Positions 1-12,654 of a stretch of 64,000 nucleotides of DNA are shown one piece after another; positions within the stretch are counted from its first letter, which is position 1, and every line of letters starts with the position of its first letter. This DNA comes from Kudoa neothunni. Lineage: Eukaryota > Animalia > Cnidaria. Location: positions 3,498,440-3,562,439 of the forward strand of contig OZ199838.1 of assembly GCA_964304625.1 (NCBI GenBank), written 5' to 3'. The notes below the pieces were generated by a model. It saw nothing but the letters and a program-made list of their open reading frames with translations, did no database searches and was not told the DNA's origin. Made by a program: the position numbers and the translations under genes.

Positions 1-846
1 AGTATTCACAATATTTGGGGATTTTTCGTCACAGTATGTATTGAGGTTAAGGAACCAGTCCCTAACAATTTGATAATCCACAAAAAGTTTAAACCACGGG
101 GTTAAAGTTTCTTTGTCATTTTGGCATATTTTTAAAAGTTGGTCATACGAGACATAAAAGGCCTCATCAACCTCCGCTTCATTGGTAGTGAAACTGACTT
201 TTTTCTTCACCAGAAAACAATAATCAATTTCATTCTCACCAAAGGTATCATCATAGATAGCCGAATAATGATATCTACCAACAAGATGCAGATCGTCAGG
301 TGAGAGCTAAAATCAACAACTCATTATTCAAATAGCTAATAACATTAATCCGTGAAAGTGACAAAAAATCACTTCGGACGAAGGTATTCCAAGTTCGAAA
401 CTGAGTCGTCGGATAGCAGCTCTTTTAGCACCAACACCATGGGCTGTTTCCATTTCCATGTGGCTGTTCGCCCTCGGATGACTACAGCATGTGTTGCTTA
501 AATACAACGGGAATAAATTCTTGAATTTGGAGCGTCGCTGTACCAACATCTCGCCATTCTCATTAAATAACATCACACTGAAGGCACGGTGTAGTTTAGT
601 GTTGTTGTTGGCGTCCAACAAATGGCAACTCACTTTAGTATCATGTCCAATCACGTTGTCATCATTATCCACAATAGCACACATCTCATTTTGTTGGGCC
701 ATTTGTACTAATGTGCACATTTGATCATCTTGGTTTGTTTCTGAATTAAGATGGGCTGTAGGTACCTTTGACGACATCAATCTCAAAATCTGTATGTAAG
801 TTGGTTTTAACGAAACCGAAACAAGTCGATTAAATAATAATGACAT
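1..846 (-). CDS. IDI1: Isopentenyl-diphosphate delta-isomerase type 1; exons 846-373 and 306-1; 3' end runs off the window
   Basis: Motifs LHRAFSV, NTCCSHP, AAIRRLSFELGI. After a 66-nt GT-AG intron (372-307) the frame continues LSPDDLHLVGRYHYSA...FGENEIDY...LTPWFKL. Confidence 0.95.
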
Positions 847-949
847 TTGATGATACGATAGAGATTATTACATATACAATAGAAATTGGTTGGTGTGCTG
901 TGTTAAATATTGGGCATATTGCCCGGACGCATGCGCAAATAATTTAGTT
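847..949. promoter_or_regulatory. Putative bidirectional promoter shared by IDI1 and SF3B1
   Basis: 103 bp between divergent ATGs. The GC-rich core holds a palindrome GGGCATATTGCCC (912-924) and an NRF1-like ACGCATGCGCA (927-937). Confidence 0.6.
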
Positions 950-3900
950 ATGGGTGCACAAACGAAGGACGGTAATGTTGATATTAACTTGGCGCGTTAT
1001 TAACACATCTCATCCAACTAGAAATTGATCGTGAAGTTGATGAAATACGAGATAAACGAAAAAAGTTAAACACCAAACGTTTCGATAATCCAGTAAGTGA
1101 AAAGAGTTTGTTATATTGAATGGTAGTTTCTATAATTTGCTTAATATAGAATCCTGTGAACAGTCAAAATTATGACAAAAATATCTATCAACCGAATGAC
1201 AAGTAATTTACATTGACTTATTCTTTAGAGATTGGCCAATTTTCATAGTATGGATGATTATGTGCAGTCGATACCAACAACCGACCAATTGGATGACAAT
1301 GATCATCAAGATATTGTCGTAAGATCTTCGAATGGCAAGTTGAAAACATTTTCCGCCCCAAGTGATGTTTATTCAGAAATTGAAGCCGCTGGGAGAGATG
1401 TATTAAAAATTGTTATATTTTTACACACCATATGAATTACAATTAATTAGGATGACCCTATGGAACCGTACAGAAAACCTACAATTGCCAGTAGAGAAAA
1501 TTCCTACCAAAATCGACGATTCAATCAAGTTTTATCACCCTCAAGAGCAGATCCTTTTGCTGATGGTGGTAAAACGCCGCGTGTAAAACCGCAAGAATTG
1601 TCATCAACTGGATCCAATGATAGAAGTTATTCTGATGTGATGAAGGAGGTGAGTTTGAAAAACCAGGAGAAAGAAATCTATAGAGAGATAAGGGAGAAAG
1701 CAAAAACAGGCGAGTTAAAAGTTCACCATGAGATTGGTGACGATGAGGATGAAGCTTTTAAAAAACCCTCACGAAAGAGAGTTTCTTATGCACAGGATAC
1801 TCAATTGGAGGGGGATGATGTTAAAAAAGTTGCACCAACTGAAGCTGATTTGCTAAGGACTCCAGGTCCAGATACAAAGTTGTGGGCAGCTACACCTATG
1901 ATTTCGACCGGCGAAAAAATAAAAACAGTTGAGAGTTTGTTTAAGGAGGTTAAAGATGAACAATCAATTAATGATAACAAACCAGCAACAGCTATGATGG
2001 TGGGTCTTGAAACTCCTCAGTATGAGGTAGGTAGTGTGACTCCTAGTGTCACCAGTAGAACTAGTGAAAGCGGTCAAATTCGTGAATCCAGATGGAACAA
2101 AACCACCAATAACTTTCAAACCCCTAAGGTTGAACAAACTCAACGAGTTTTAGTTGCTACTCCACTAGTTTCCACTACACAGGGAGTATCAGCCCGACTT
2201 GAGGGAATGACTCCGTTGAAAACTCCTTCGCAAAAATTGAGCTCCCTCACAGCAGCTGTTCAACAAGGCAACATTTCTACACTTACACCTGAGCAATTGC
2301 ACTTTTTGCGTTATGAACAGGATATTGATGAAAGAAATAAACCTTGGATTGCGGAAGAATTAAATGCGTTGTTTCCATTTGACGGCTATAAAATTTTACC
2401 TCCACCACTTGGTTATCAACCTATACGCACACCAGCCAGAAGAATTACGGCTGCCCCTACTCCTCTACTCTCATCACAAACTGCCGCTTCCACCAGTGCA
2501 GCTGCTTCTGCGTATAAAGTGCCTGGATCTGAAGAACAGATCTCCAAATTTATTAATATGCAACCCGATGGCGATTTGCCTGCGTTGAAAACTGATGACC
2601 TGCAATATTTCGACAAGTTGTTGACCAATGTTGACGAAGATTCGTTGCCGAATGAGGAGGCTAAAGAAATCAAAATAATGAAGCTGTTATTGAAAATCAA
2701 GAATGGAACTCCTCAAATGAGAAAATCGTCGTTGCGCCAAATTACAGACAAGGCGCGTGAATTTGGTGCTGGAGCTTTGTTCAATCAAATTCTTCCGTTG
2801 TTAATGTCTCCTACTTTGGAAGACCAAGAACGTCATTTGTTGGTCAAGGTGGTTGATCGTATACTGTACAAGTTGGACGATTTGGTGCGTCCTTATGTGC
2901 ACAAGATTTTGGTTGTTATCGAACCGTTGCTTATTGATGAAGATTATTTTGCTCGTGTGGAAGGTCGTGAAATTATTTCCAATCTTGCTAAAGCTGCTGG
3001 TCTGGCCACCATGATTTCCACTATGAGACCTGATATTGATGACAACGATGAATACGTCAGAAACACCACAGCTAGGGCGTTTGCTGTGGTCGCATCTGCT
3101 CTTGGTATTCCCGCGTTGTTACCATTTTTGAAGGCTGTCTGCAAAAGTAAAAAGTCTTGGCAAGCACGTCACACCGGCATAAAAATTATTCAACAGATTG
3201 CTATTTTGATGGGATGTGCAATTTTGCCCCATTTACGTGCATTGGTTGAGATAATCGAGCATGGGCTGGTGGATGAACAACAAAAAGTTAGAACCATCAC
3301 TGCGCTGGGTTTGGCTGCTTTGGCCGAAGCCTCCACACCGTATGGTATCGAATCATTCGATAGTGTGTTGAAACCATTGTGGAAAGGCATTCGTCAACAC
3401 AGAGGTAAAGGTTTGGCCGCCTTTCTCAAAGCTATTGGTTATTTAATCCCATTGATGGACGCTGAATACGCTTTCCATTACACCAAAGAGGTGGTGGTGA
3501 TTTTGGTGCGTGAATTTCCAAGTCCAGATGAGGAAATGAAAAAAATTGTACTCAAAGTAGTCAAACAATGCTGCTCTACAGATGGTGTTGAAGCACCCTA
3601 CATCAAAACTGAAATTCTTCCAGAATTTTTCCGTCATTTTTGGAATCATCGCATGGCCAATGACAAACGAAATTATCGTCAACTGGTAGATACCACAGTG
3701 GAGATTGCAAATAAGGTGGGCTCTTCTTTCATTATCTCCAAAGTTGTTGACGGTCTAAAAGACGACAATGAAAATTATCGCAAAATGGTCATTGAAACTA
3801 TCGATTGTATTGTCACAGAACACGGCTCTACCGATATCGACAACAAACTCGAAGAGAAACTCATTGATGGAATTCTCTATGCCTTCCAAGAACAGATTAC

Positions 3901-5140
3901 TGATGATGCATTTGTTCTTGATGGTATTGGCACCGTGATAAATTCATTGGGAGTACGCACCAAACCCTACATTCCACAAATCTGTGGTACCATTATTTGG
4001 CGATTGAACAACCGCTCGCCTAAGATAAGACAATATGCGTGTGATCTAGTGGCACGAATCACCCCTGTTATGAAAGTTTGCGAAGAGGAAAAACTTTTGT
4101 GCCATCTGGGAGTGATTCTCTACGAATACCTTGGTGAGGAATATCCTGAAGTTTTGGGAAGTATTTTGGGCGCCTTGAAGGCTATTGTCAATGTTGTCGG
4201 TATGAACAAAATGACTCCACCTATCAAAGATCTTCTTCCTAGACTCACACCCATTCTGAAAAATCGCCATGAAAAAGTCCAAGAGAATTGTATCGACTTG
4301 GTGGGAAGAATCGCCGATCGTGGTAGTGAACATGTTAGTGCTCGTGAGTGGATGCGTATCTGTTTCGAACTTTTGGAACTACTCAAAGCTCACAAAAAAT
4401 CCATTCGTCGAGCCGCTGTAAATACTTTCGGATACATTGCTAAAGCTATCGGCCCTCAAGATGTCATGGCAACTCTTTTAAACAATCTCAAAGTTCAAGA
4501 ACGTCAAAATCGTGTTTGCACAACTGTTGCCATCGCTATTGTGGCCGAAACTTGCTCACCATTCACTATCCTCCCCGCCCTCATGAATGAGTATCGTGTG
4601 CCGGAGATCAATGTTCAGAATGGTGTCCTCAAAGCGTTGTCATTCCTTTTTGAATATGTAGGAGAAATGGCCAAAGACTACATCTACTCAGTTACTCCGC
4701 TATACGAAGAAGCATTAATCGATAGAGATTTGGTTCATCGACAGATTGCCTGCGCTGGTATCAAACATCTGGCCATTGGTGTGTATGGTTTCGGATGTGA
4801 GGACTCACTCACACATCTTATGAACCTTGTTTGGCCTAATATCTACGAAACTTCGCCTCACATGGTGAATGCCATTCTTGATGCAATTGATGGTTTTCGA
4901 CTTTCGATCGGCCCTTGCCGCATTCTTCAATACACCCTCCAAGGTTTATTCCATCCCGCTAGACGAGTTCGTGACTTCTACTGGCGCATCTACAATTCGG
5001 TCTACATTGCCGCACAAGTTGTCAACTATTTTTGTTCCACTATTATATTCGTTTAGGATGCGATGGTTGCGTTCTACCCAAATATTTCAAACGAAGAAAA
5101 CAATCACTATGTCAGAGATGAACTTTTCTATATGTTGTAG
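950..5140 (+). CDS. SF3B1: Splicing factor 3B subunit 1; exons 950-971, 1022-1092, 1150-1202, 1249-1399, 1451-5017, 5057-5140
   Basis: Strongly conserved HEAT region ([43 protein letters not shown]), [10 protein letters not shown] and the p14-binding segment. Five GT-AG introns of 50/57/46/51/39 nt restore the N-terminus ([17 protein letters not shown]) and C-terminus ([27 protein letters not shown]). Confidence 0.98.
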
Positions 5141-6519
5141 ATGTCCTGCATTAATTCATTAACTCATTAACTTTGAGGTGTTTGAAACTTTCATTTTGTT
5201 TACTGTATATTACTTTTTTTAAAGTCGCGTACAGCTTGGAAACAGATTAGATTGTACTTATTTTAATTATTTTAAACAAATACAATAATTAATTTCAGTT
5301 ATTTGCTATATTTGTAAGCGTTGTCTTTGTTGCATATTGGAAAATCGCAGTTTATCGAATATTTTCGCTTTGTATCCTAATTGATAAGATTACATAAAAT
5401 TATTGAATGTTTTTATGATTTTATAATTATTCATAAGAGTCTAAATATATTTTGTTTTTCAATATATTTGGTAGAAAATTATTTGGGGATTTCGATTATC
5501 CTATGTAGCCACATTAAAAATATAACCAAATTATATTCATTAGATATAAAGATATTGAAATCATGAGTGTGTGGTTACATATAAATAGCAAAATAAAATG
5601 ATATGATTATTTACAAAATGGGAGCAGAGTATTGAGTGTAAATGAGTATCATTGAAAAGTTTATAGAATTTCTTATTTCCTTCATTACAAGGCGCCGCAT
5701 CGATTCCACATATTGCAAACTCTGCGAGTGAGCCTGTAATCGTTATAAGAACCTCTATCTAAAATCTAGAAATGATAGCAAAAATTGTTTCATGTCCACC
5801 ATATGATGCTGTAATATATTATCGTTTAAATTTGTGATAAATTTGAGAAGATGTTTTTATATTCCTAAAAATTGATTATTTTAAGAAGCTTTTTATAGGT
5901 ACGATTTCAATGACTACGCCAAAACATTAAGGAAATTGTTTTAGTTAATAATTAATTAGTTCTCTATGAATATATTCTATTTGATAATTTTTATTTAAAT
6001 CTAGTCAAATTTAATTAAAAATTTTTTGTGTAGAATAATATAAATTTTTCTATTATAAACGATCGAGCTATTAGTTATTGAACTCTTCTTCGACAACGAT
6101 TAAATAATATATATATTCTAATGTAAGGGAGAACGGTACGAAATTAAATTTTCCCAAACTATTATAGTGATAAATTTAATGATATATGAATAGTTCGCAT
6201 TTTTCAGTGATAAAGAATATTTTTTTCGAAATTATTAATGGTATTTCTTTGATCTGATATATTCTTCGTCCATTAATGAGTGTGTCATGTGTAGAAATTC
6301 AAAAATAGACAAACAATGATATCAACAATATCTAAATACATTCAAAATTTTTAAAAATTAGTAAAAATAATAAAAACCTTAATGTAAATATCGCTTTTAT
6401 TCGTGAAGATAGCTCACAATAGTGATTGTTGAACAATTTATTACTCTTATCATTATAAATAAAAATAATCGTAAAAAACTGTCTTAACTAAATTAAATAA
6501 AAGATAAATTCGTCTTTAA

Positions 6520-6733
6520 CCTTCCAAGCGTTTCTGGGGATAATTCGACCTCAGAGCCTATTATATTACAAGTTTTATATACATAGAATAATTTAACAAT
6601 TGTAATATCCGGTGTATTCTCCTAAAACAAATAGTATTTTACAATTATTTAATAAAATTTTTAAAAAGTGAAATAAACAACGATATGAAAAAAATCCACT
6701 AGGTGTATAGTCGATTTGGAGGCGTTCGGAAGG
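6520..6733. mobile_element. piggyBac-type MITE
   Basis: TTAA|CCTTCCAAGCG ... CGTTCGGAAGG|TTAA; imperfect TIRs with TTAA target duplication. Confidence 0.7.
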
Positions 6734-9700
6734 TTAAATATTGGTGACTAATCATTGTGACCTTATAAATTTTGTGGACTTATTATTAATGATTGGTATT
6801 AACGAACAATTTGGTTAATGTTCAATAAAATATCAAGAATGATTGAAATTAATAAATATCAGAAATGTTTCGGTAATCTATTTTAATTGTTATATATTAT
6901 ATTTCCTTAAATCTACCTATTTAACAATCCGAAGCGATGTGGAATAAAAATTTATTTATATGCGCATTCATCCACATTCAATTAAAAAATAAACATATTT
7001 AAAATATGGAATATTATTATATATATTTTATATAACACAGAATCAACAATATTTTTTTTTGGATGGTGAATATAGATAATGATAATCATGTCTAAAATAG
7101 TGATTAGCTTTATTTCAAATTGGAATCATAGATCCCCATATTTGTTTCTGTATTTTTTTAAAAATAATTATTTGTGACTAATATTTCTAGTTATATTGGT
7201 TATCCACTTGTGAATTAATGTTTATTAAAGAATGTTTTTCTAATGGACGGTTGAACTTTGAGAGTTACAGGAGAATTTAAAAATCTAACATGTATTAAAT
7301 CTTGTTATAAACAAATGTTATGTAATATGAAATCATTTAAAACAAATATTAGGTGGATAAAAACAAGTTATGCATAAGTATCGTCTTAAATTTTGATTGT
7401 CCATTAAAAAATGAAGACGCCCTAAAACTTTTTCTTGCAAATACGCGAAAATTAACTTGACACTACAATATGATCAGATAATTTAACTTTACCTAAACTT
7501 TTTAACTTTTTTCTTTAAGAAAAAAGTTGACAATTTCAAAATATTGTAAACTAGCGCCACCTGACTAGCGTTGCTTCGGGATGATTTTGCATAGAGACGT
7601 TTCTTAATAACATTAAATAAATATATTAATATTTCGAATTAACCCATAAAAATAGTAAAATTAAGATTTTTTTGAAACTCCATACTTTTAACGATTGTAA
7701 TTAGCGAAATTTAAATCATGATCATTTCTGAACAGGAGTGTATCAATCCCGGTTTTCAATAAACAATTTCTTGTCCCCGGACCAACGCTAAATAATTTAA
7801 GGTCATTGTCATATTTATTTTCATTACGAATTATTTAAGCCCTCTTAATGTTCAATATAACACGTTATTTTTTGGTCCGGTGCATTTATAAAGTCGAATT
7901 ATGGCCCGACTCGGAAAATGTGTGCACCACTAACTTTTTAAGGGATAAAATAATAGAAAAAGTAATAGGGATACAAGAAACACAAGAAAATTATTTATTA
8001 CTCAAATTAATATCTTTATCCAAAAAATTTATAAACACTCTTTCCTCAGAACCGTTTATAGTCCATTAATATAAACAAAAATATTTAAGTAATTAGATAA
8101 ACTAAGATTTCAATCTATACATTAAATCTTATCGCTTAAAATTAAGTCTAAGGTCACTATAATAGAATTTGAGACCTAGTTCCAGTATGTAAAGATTTAA
8201 TCCAGTTGATTACAACCTACACTTCCAATTAATCAATAATATAGCAAATTTGCATATTTTTTCTATATTAAATCCTACATGTAGAACTTTTAAAGTGCAT
8301 TTATCAAGCCAAATATATTAAAGTTCCAAAAATAAGAAGTATATTTAAGCACACATCTACTTTAAATGTACAGATAGATAAACAATATAAGACGTATCTT
8401 GAAATCGTGGATTTATAGCTTAATTTTGAACCACTATAAAAGTTTGAAATAACTTTCAGGAATTTAGTGTACATAAGTGTCACCAAGAATAAACAAATAT
8501 AATCCTATTATTTAAACCACGAAAGTCGTTTAACAAACCTAACACCGAGGACAACGCAATTTTCCATATTATTTTTCGGAATTCTGTCAGTGTGATAACA
8601 AATAAAAGAATTTTTAAATTACCTTCAACTATTAGAATTTACACAAATATCTATCCATAAGGAAAATGTTTTGCCGCCCGTGCATACTTGCTCATACACA
8701 CATGGACATTTCAGCTTTATTTGTATAATATATAGTGGACAGTAGAAAAAGGATGTATTTCTATGTCGATAAAATAATTTATTTATTGACTCTCTCAATT
8801 TAATAGCCCAGAGAAATATTGATTAATATTTTATATTAATACTATTTAATTACCCATTTACAATTCAAAAATCCCTGTTTAAGATACACCAAAAATTATT
8901 TATCACCCTGAGAAATAGTTAAAAACTTTTAATATAATTAATTTAAAGCTGAAAAATTGTGTACAAAATATATAGGTAGTGGCTGTTGCATTGGATATTT
9001 TTAATCTTAAATAACATCCACATTGTGCCATGTCCAATTTTTAATCATAGAGACTAATTAATAATTTATTTATACAGTTTATTTCTTAACATGAGTTGTA
9101 TTTAATTAATTTGAGCTCTCAAGAGCGACATTGATACGACAAAAATTATTAATTACATTCAAAACTATATTCAACAGGATACTTTGATCCGTTGCAATAG
9201 TCACGTCCAAATATACACCACGTTATTAATAAGATGCATATAGAAACTAAGGGCTTGTTAAAGTAACATTGTAATTAATGATTGTTTATTAATTTTATTT
9301 TGACATTAAGAAATAAAATATCTGTTAAAAAAATTTTTTTTATCGCCAGCGACAATTGTATACAATAATCCCTGTGATAGTTTTAATGATTAAAAAATTA
9401 TTTTAAAAAGTTACTTAAAATTTTAATAGTGAACAAATTAAGATGATATTCAATGTTGTTAATTTATTATTAAAATCAAAGATACTTAGGAGAAATATCA
9501 AAAAATAATGCCGAGAAGATTAAGTTTATCTTAACGTAATTTACTAAGTAAATTTGAATGTATGTTTAATAAATTTGATTAAAATACCACTAAATTTGAC
9601 CAATTAATTGACTAATATAACTAACTCTCTTAAATTATAATGTATAGTAGTCCAATTCAAAACTTTTTATCTAACCTAGATAACAAATCTACTTACAATT

Positions 9701-9796
9701 ATTAAATATCTTATTAAAATAATATGCTTATTTCTTTTAATAAAATAAACTTGTAATCCAGGTTGCAAGTTCGGAATTTTTTAGTCCTTAAACTTT

Positions 9797-10085
9797 ATGG
9801 CCGTACTTTACTCTCGAAGTGATTACTATTGGTTTCATTCCATTTGGGGGGTTATTGGGCTCATTTGTTTTTATATTATTTTACTTGGAGCTATGATCGA
9901 ATTGAACAATCTTAAGAGAAGAAGGTTGCAGGTAATTCTCGAATGTAGGCCAGATATTTTACACTCGTTTTAAGGGAGATTACGAGCTCAACCAACATCT
10001 TCGAACAATCAATCTTGAAAACAGCATTTACGTGGATTGTTCTAAGACGCATGCAGTAAATGATCCACCTTCGTACTCATCTTAA
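9797..10085 (+). CDS. Single-pass TM microprotein with C-terminal PPxY, copy A (81 aa; intron 9932-9974)
   Basis: MAVLYSRSDYYWFHSIWGVIGLICFYIILLGAMIELNNLKRRRLQ|GDYELNQHLRTINLENSIYVDCSKTHAVNDPPSYSS*; paralogous to copies B-D with the same phase-0 intron. Confidence 0.8.
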
Positions 10086-11018
10086 GTTGCCATCTAAATT
10101 GAAAATATCTGAGTTCATATATGTGAAGATACAGTCGTAAAGTAGATATTTTACTTTTAACAATTATAGTTCTTCAGCAAGTATTATTTCGATTTAGTTA
10201 TTACCGGTTTCTGCTATGTAATTGATTAATTTGATTGCTATTCAATAAACACATCTAAGTACTGTTTATATTATAATTTTATTCTATCAATATTACAAAT
10301 TAGAGCTATTAGAAATTAATTAAATAGAAATTTTATTGTAGTCATTATGAATTTCATTGATTTATTTTTTCTGTTTCACAATTTAAAATAAAGTAATATG
10401 TTTATTTTAATTCCAGTTAGAATATTTTTATCCTTTGATAAAATTAATTTTTATTCAAAATATTTTTGAACGGCCGTGTTATTACTTAAATTTACACCGT
10501 TCAATGGTAATCAGAAACACATAAGAACCGATGATATTCTTGTATCCTTCATTGCGAAAAATCGCCTCAATGAGTTTTCTAGATAGCTGAAGGTCTTCTT
10601 GAAACATTTCAAGTAAAATTAATTCAATCAAAAATTACCGTCTAAAAACAAGTTAAGCCATTATTTATAAAGTTATTAGTGTCTAGGTTTTCGTAAAAGC
10701 TTACTACTAAATTTAATATCGTGTGATTTTCACTATCTGCTCATCTTGTACTTTATATTGAGTGATAAACTGTAATTCACGGTTGAGACTGAGCGCCAAC
10801 TCATTATTGATGGTATATTTAGTAAAATAGTACATTTCTTTTTAATAATTTACAGAAAATATTATTTTCTCTTTTTAAAAGCCAAACATTGAGCTAAACA
10901 ATTATTAAGATTTGTGTAGGTTCAGCATCGATGTAATGTTTCGGTTATTAACGATCGATAGGCCCATCGAAGATTTAAAGGAAGTTAAGATATTTTTGGT
11001 CGAGGAAAACTTATAGAA

Positions 11019-11760
11019 CTGGCGTGGGAAATTATATTTTGAAGTGGGTCGGATTATAATAAAGTCGATATACTTGACCAAATGGATACATAAGATATTA
11101 TTTCTAGTACTTCAGTATTAAAATACAGTAGACTGATATTAGCCAAATGTAAAAAACCGCTTGAAAATGATTTTTAGGCAAAAAAAGTTTTCAATATAAA
11201 ATTGGGAAAAAATAAATAATAATCAATGAAATCTACTACAATCGCTAACTAATTTTTCAAAATTTAAATCTAGGTTGCTTGTATTGATTCGTAGGACAGC
11301 CTGGAGGTTTGAATCAGTCGATAAATACCTATTCTTTGATTTGTTGATAAACATAACTGAAAAATTTTGTTCACATATGTAGGTAGATGCGAACAAAACA
11401 AAAAGCTTCCTTGAAAAGTTTTTTAGATTGATAATTTTTTCTTGGTTCAATGTTCGATAGAAATCAACTACGCTTTGTAACAATACTGCGCGTACATTAA
11501 ACAGAGAGCAGCGGCTCTGTTGAACCACTAATAACCTATATAGTGTTGAGTCATATTGGTGCATTTATTCAGTGAGTATCTATTCGCTATACGCTTTTAT
11601 TTTCAAATATAGACTTTATTATAATGTCTGGTTGCAGATTTATAATTTTCAATTGTAATTTATCAGTAGCTTTTTCGAAACCATATGTAAACGGAGGCTT
11701 TAACAGATTGAATTAAGGCTCCATTTTTTTAAAATTTAAAAATTTCTTTCCTAATTTTTC
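11019..11760 (-). mobile_element. Decayed hAT (Charlie/SPIN/GTF2IRD2-like) transposon, C-terminal dimerisation region
   Basis: ORF 11223-11564 contains FASTYICEQNFSVMFINKSKNR...TDSNLQAVLRINTSNL. Upstream it reads KLQLKIINLQPD. A degenerate TIR-like end lies near 11019. It is interrupted by a 116-bp insert and abuts a piggyBac element. Confidence 0.8.
11476..11591. mobile_element. Short insertion, possible solo LTR
   Basis: Flanked by direct repeat CGCTT; starts TGTAAC and ends GCTATA. Removing it restores the hAT frame (NKSVVDFY). Confidence 0.5.
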
Positions 11761-11766
11761 TTTTAA

Positions 11767-12654
11767 CCTTACCTTCTAATGGTTTGGGGGTAAAATTTAC
11801 CACATGTTTTTTTTCATTAAAAACATTCCAAAAAATATATACTACTTCGAACTTAATTATATAATATAATTTCTATGAGTAGTTTTTGTAGAAAATAAGG
11901 AAATGTTAGATAAATTAATAAAATCGCATGCGCGAAACATAGGAAGATGTATGTATGATTCTAGTGATTTCATCGATGAATTTTGTTTATCAACACATGA
12001 ACATCATGTTGTTGACGAAAATGTCTTCATATCGATGTTTCTCGGTGAAAAGTATATGTTGGTATCGTATGTTCCCAATAAATCAAAATGCGTGATTTTC
12101 TTAAAAAATCGTTGAACAATTATACGAAACATTGTTGACAACAAAGTCTAGAAACAAAGCAAAAAAGTCTCATCATTGTTTATGCACTCCAACAGGAACC
12201 TCTTCTTAATACAAAGCGAGAAATGTGTGGATACATTGAGAGGAAAATGATAAAAAATCTGAATGGTGCGAAAATTGTTAAAGTTTTATTGTCCAATTCG
12301 CGCATTTAAAAACTGTTTTAACTTCGCATAACTTTCAAGTATTCTTTTTAAGTTTTGTTTTAATATTTCGACCGGCGCAACACGTTTAATTCCGCTGAAT
12401 TAACACAATTATTTTTTTAATGAAACTTCGATGTGTACCGAATAGGAGGGATCGTAAACGAAGTCGATTATCGCGTTGGTTACGTCAGAATTTAATGTGT
12501 TTCATCCATACGAATTAAAAATTATTCTACAGTATTGATTATTAGATTTTTTTAAGTGTTATACTTCAAAAAAAAGTGGGGTAAAATTTTCCCCAAAGTC
12601 TATTGTTATTGTCTATTACACGTTCATCTCTTCGTTTTGGGGTTCATTAGGGGG
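11767..12654. mobile_element. Internally deleted piggyBac-type element
   Basis: TTAA at both ends, CC...GGGG termini, and subterminal GGGGTAAAATTTACCAC / GGGGTAAAATTTTCCCC motifs. Confidence 0.6.

Noticed and set aside
491-4386. Short ORFs antisense to or overlapping IDI1 and SF3B1
   Set aside because: Shadow frames of conserved coding sequence with no independent motifs.
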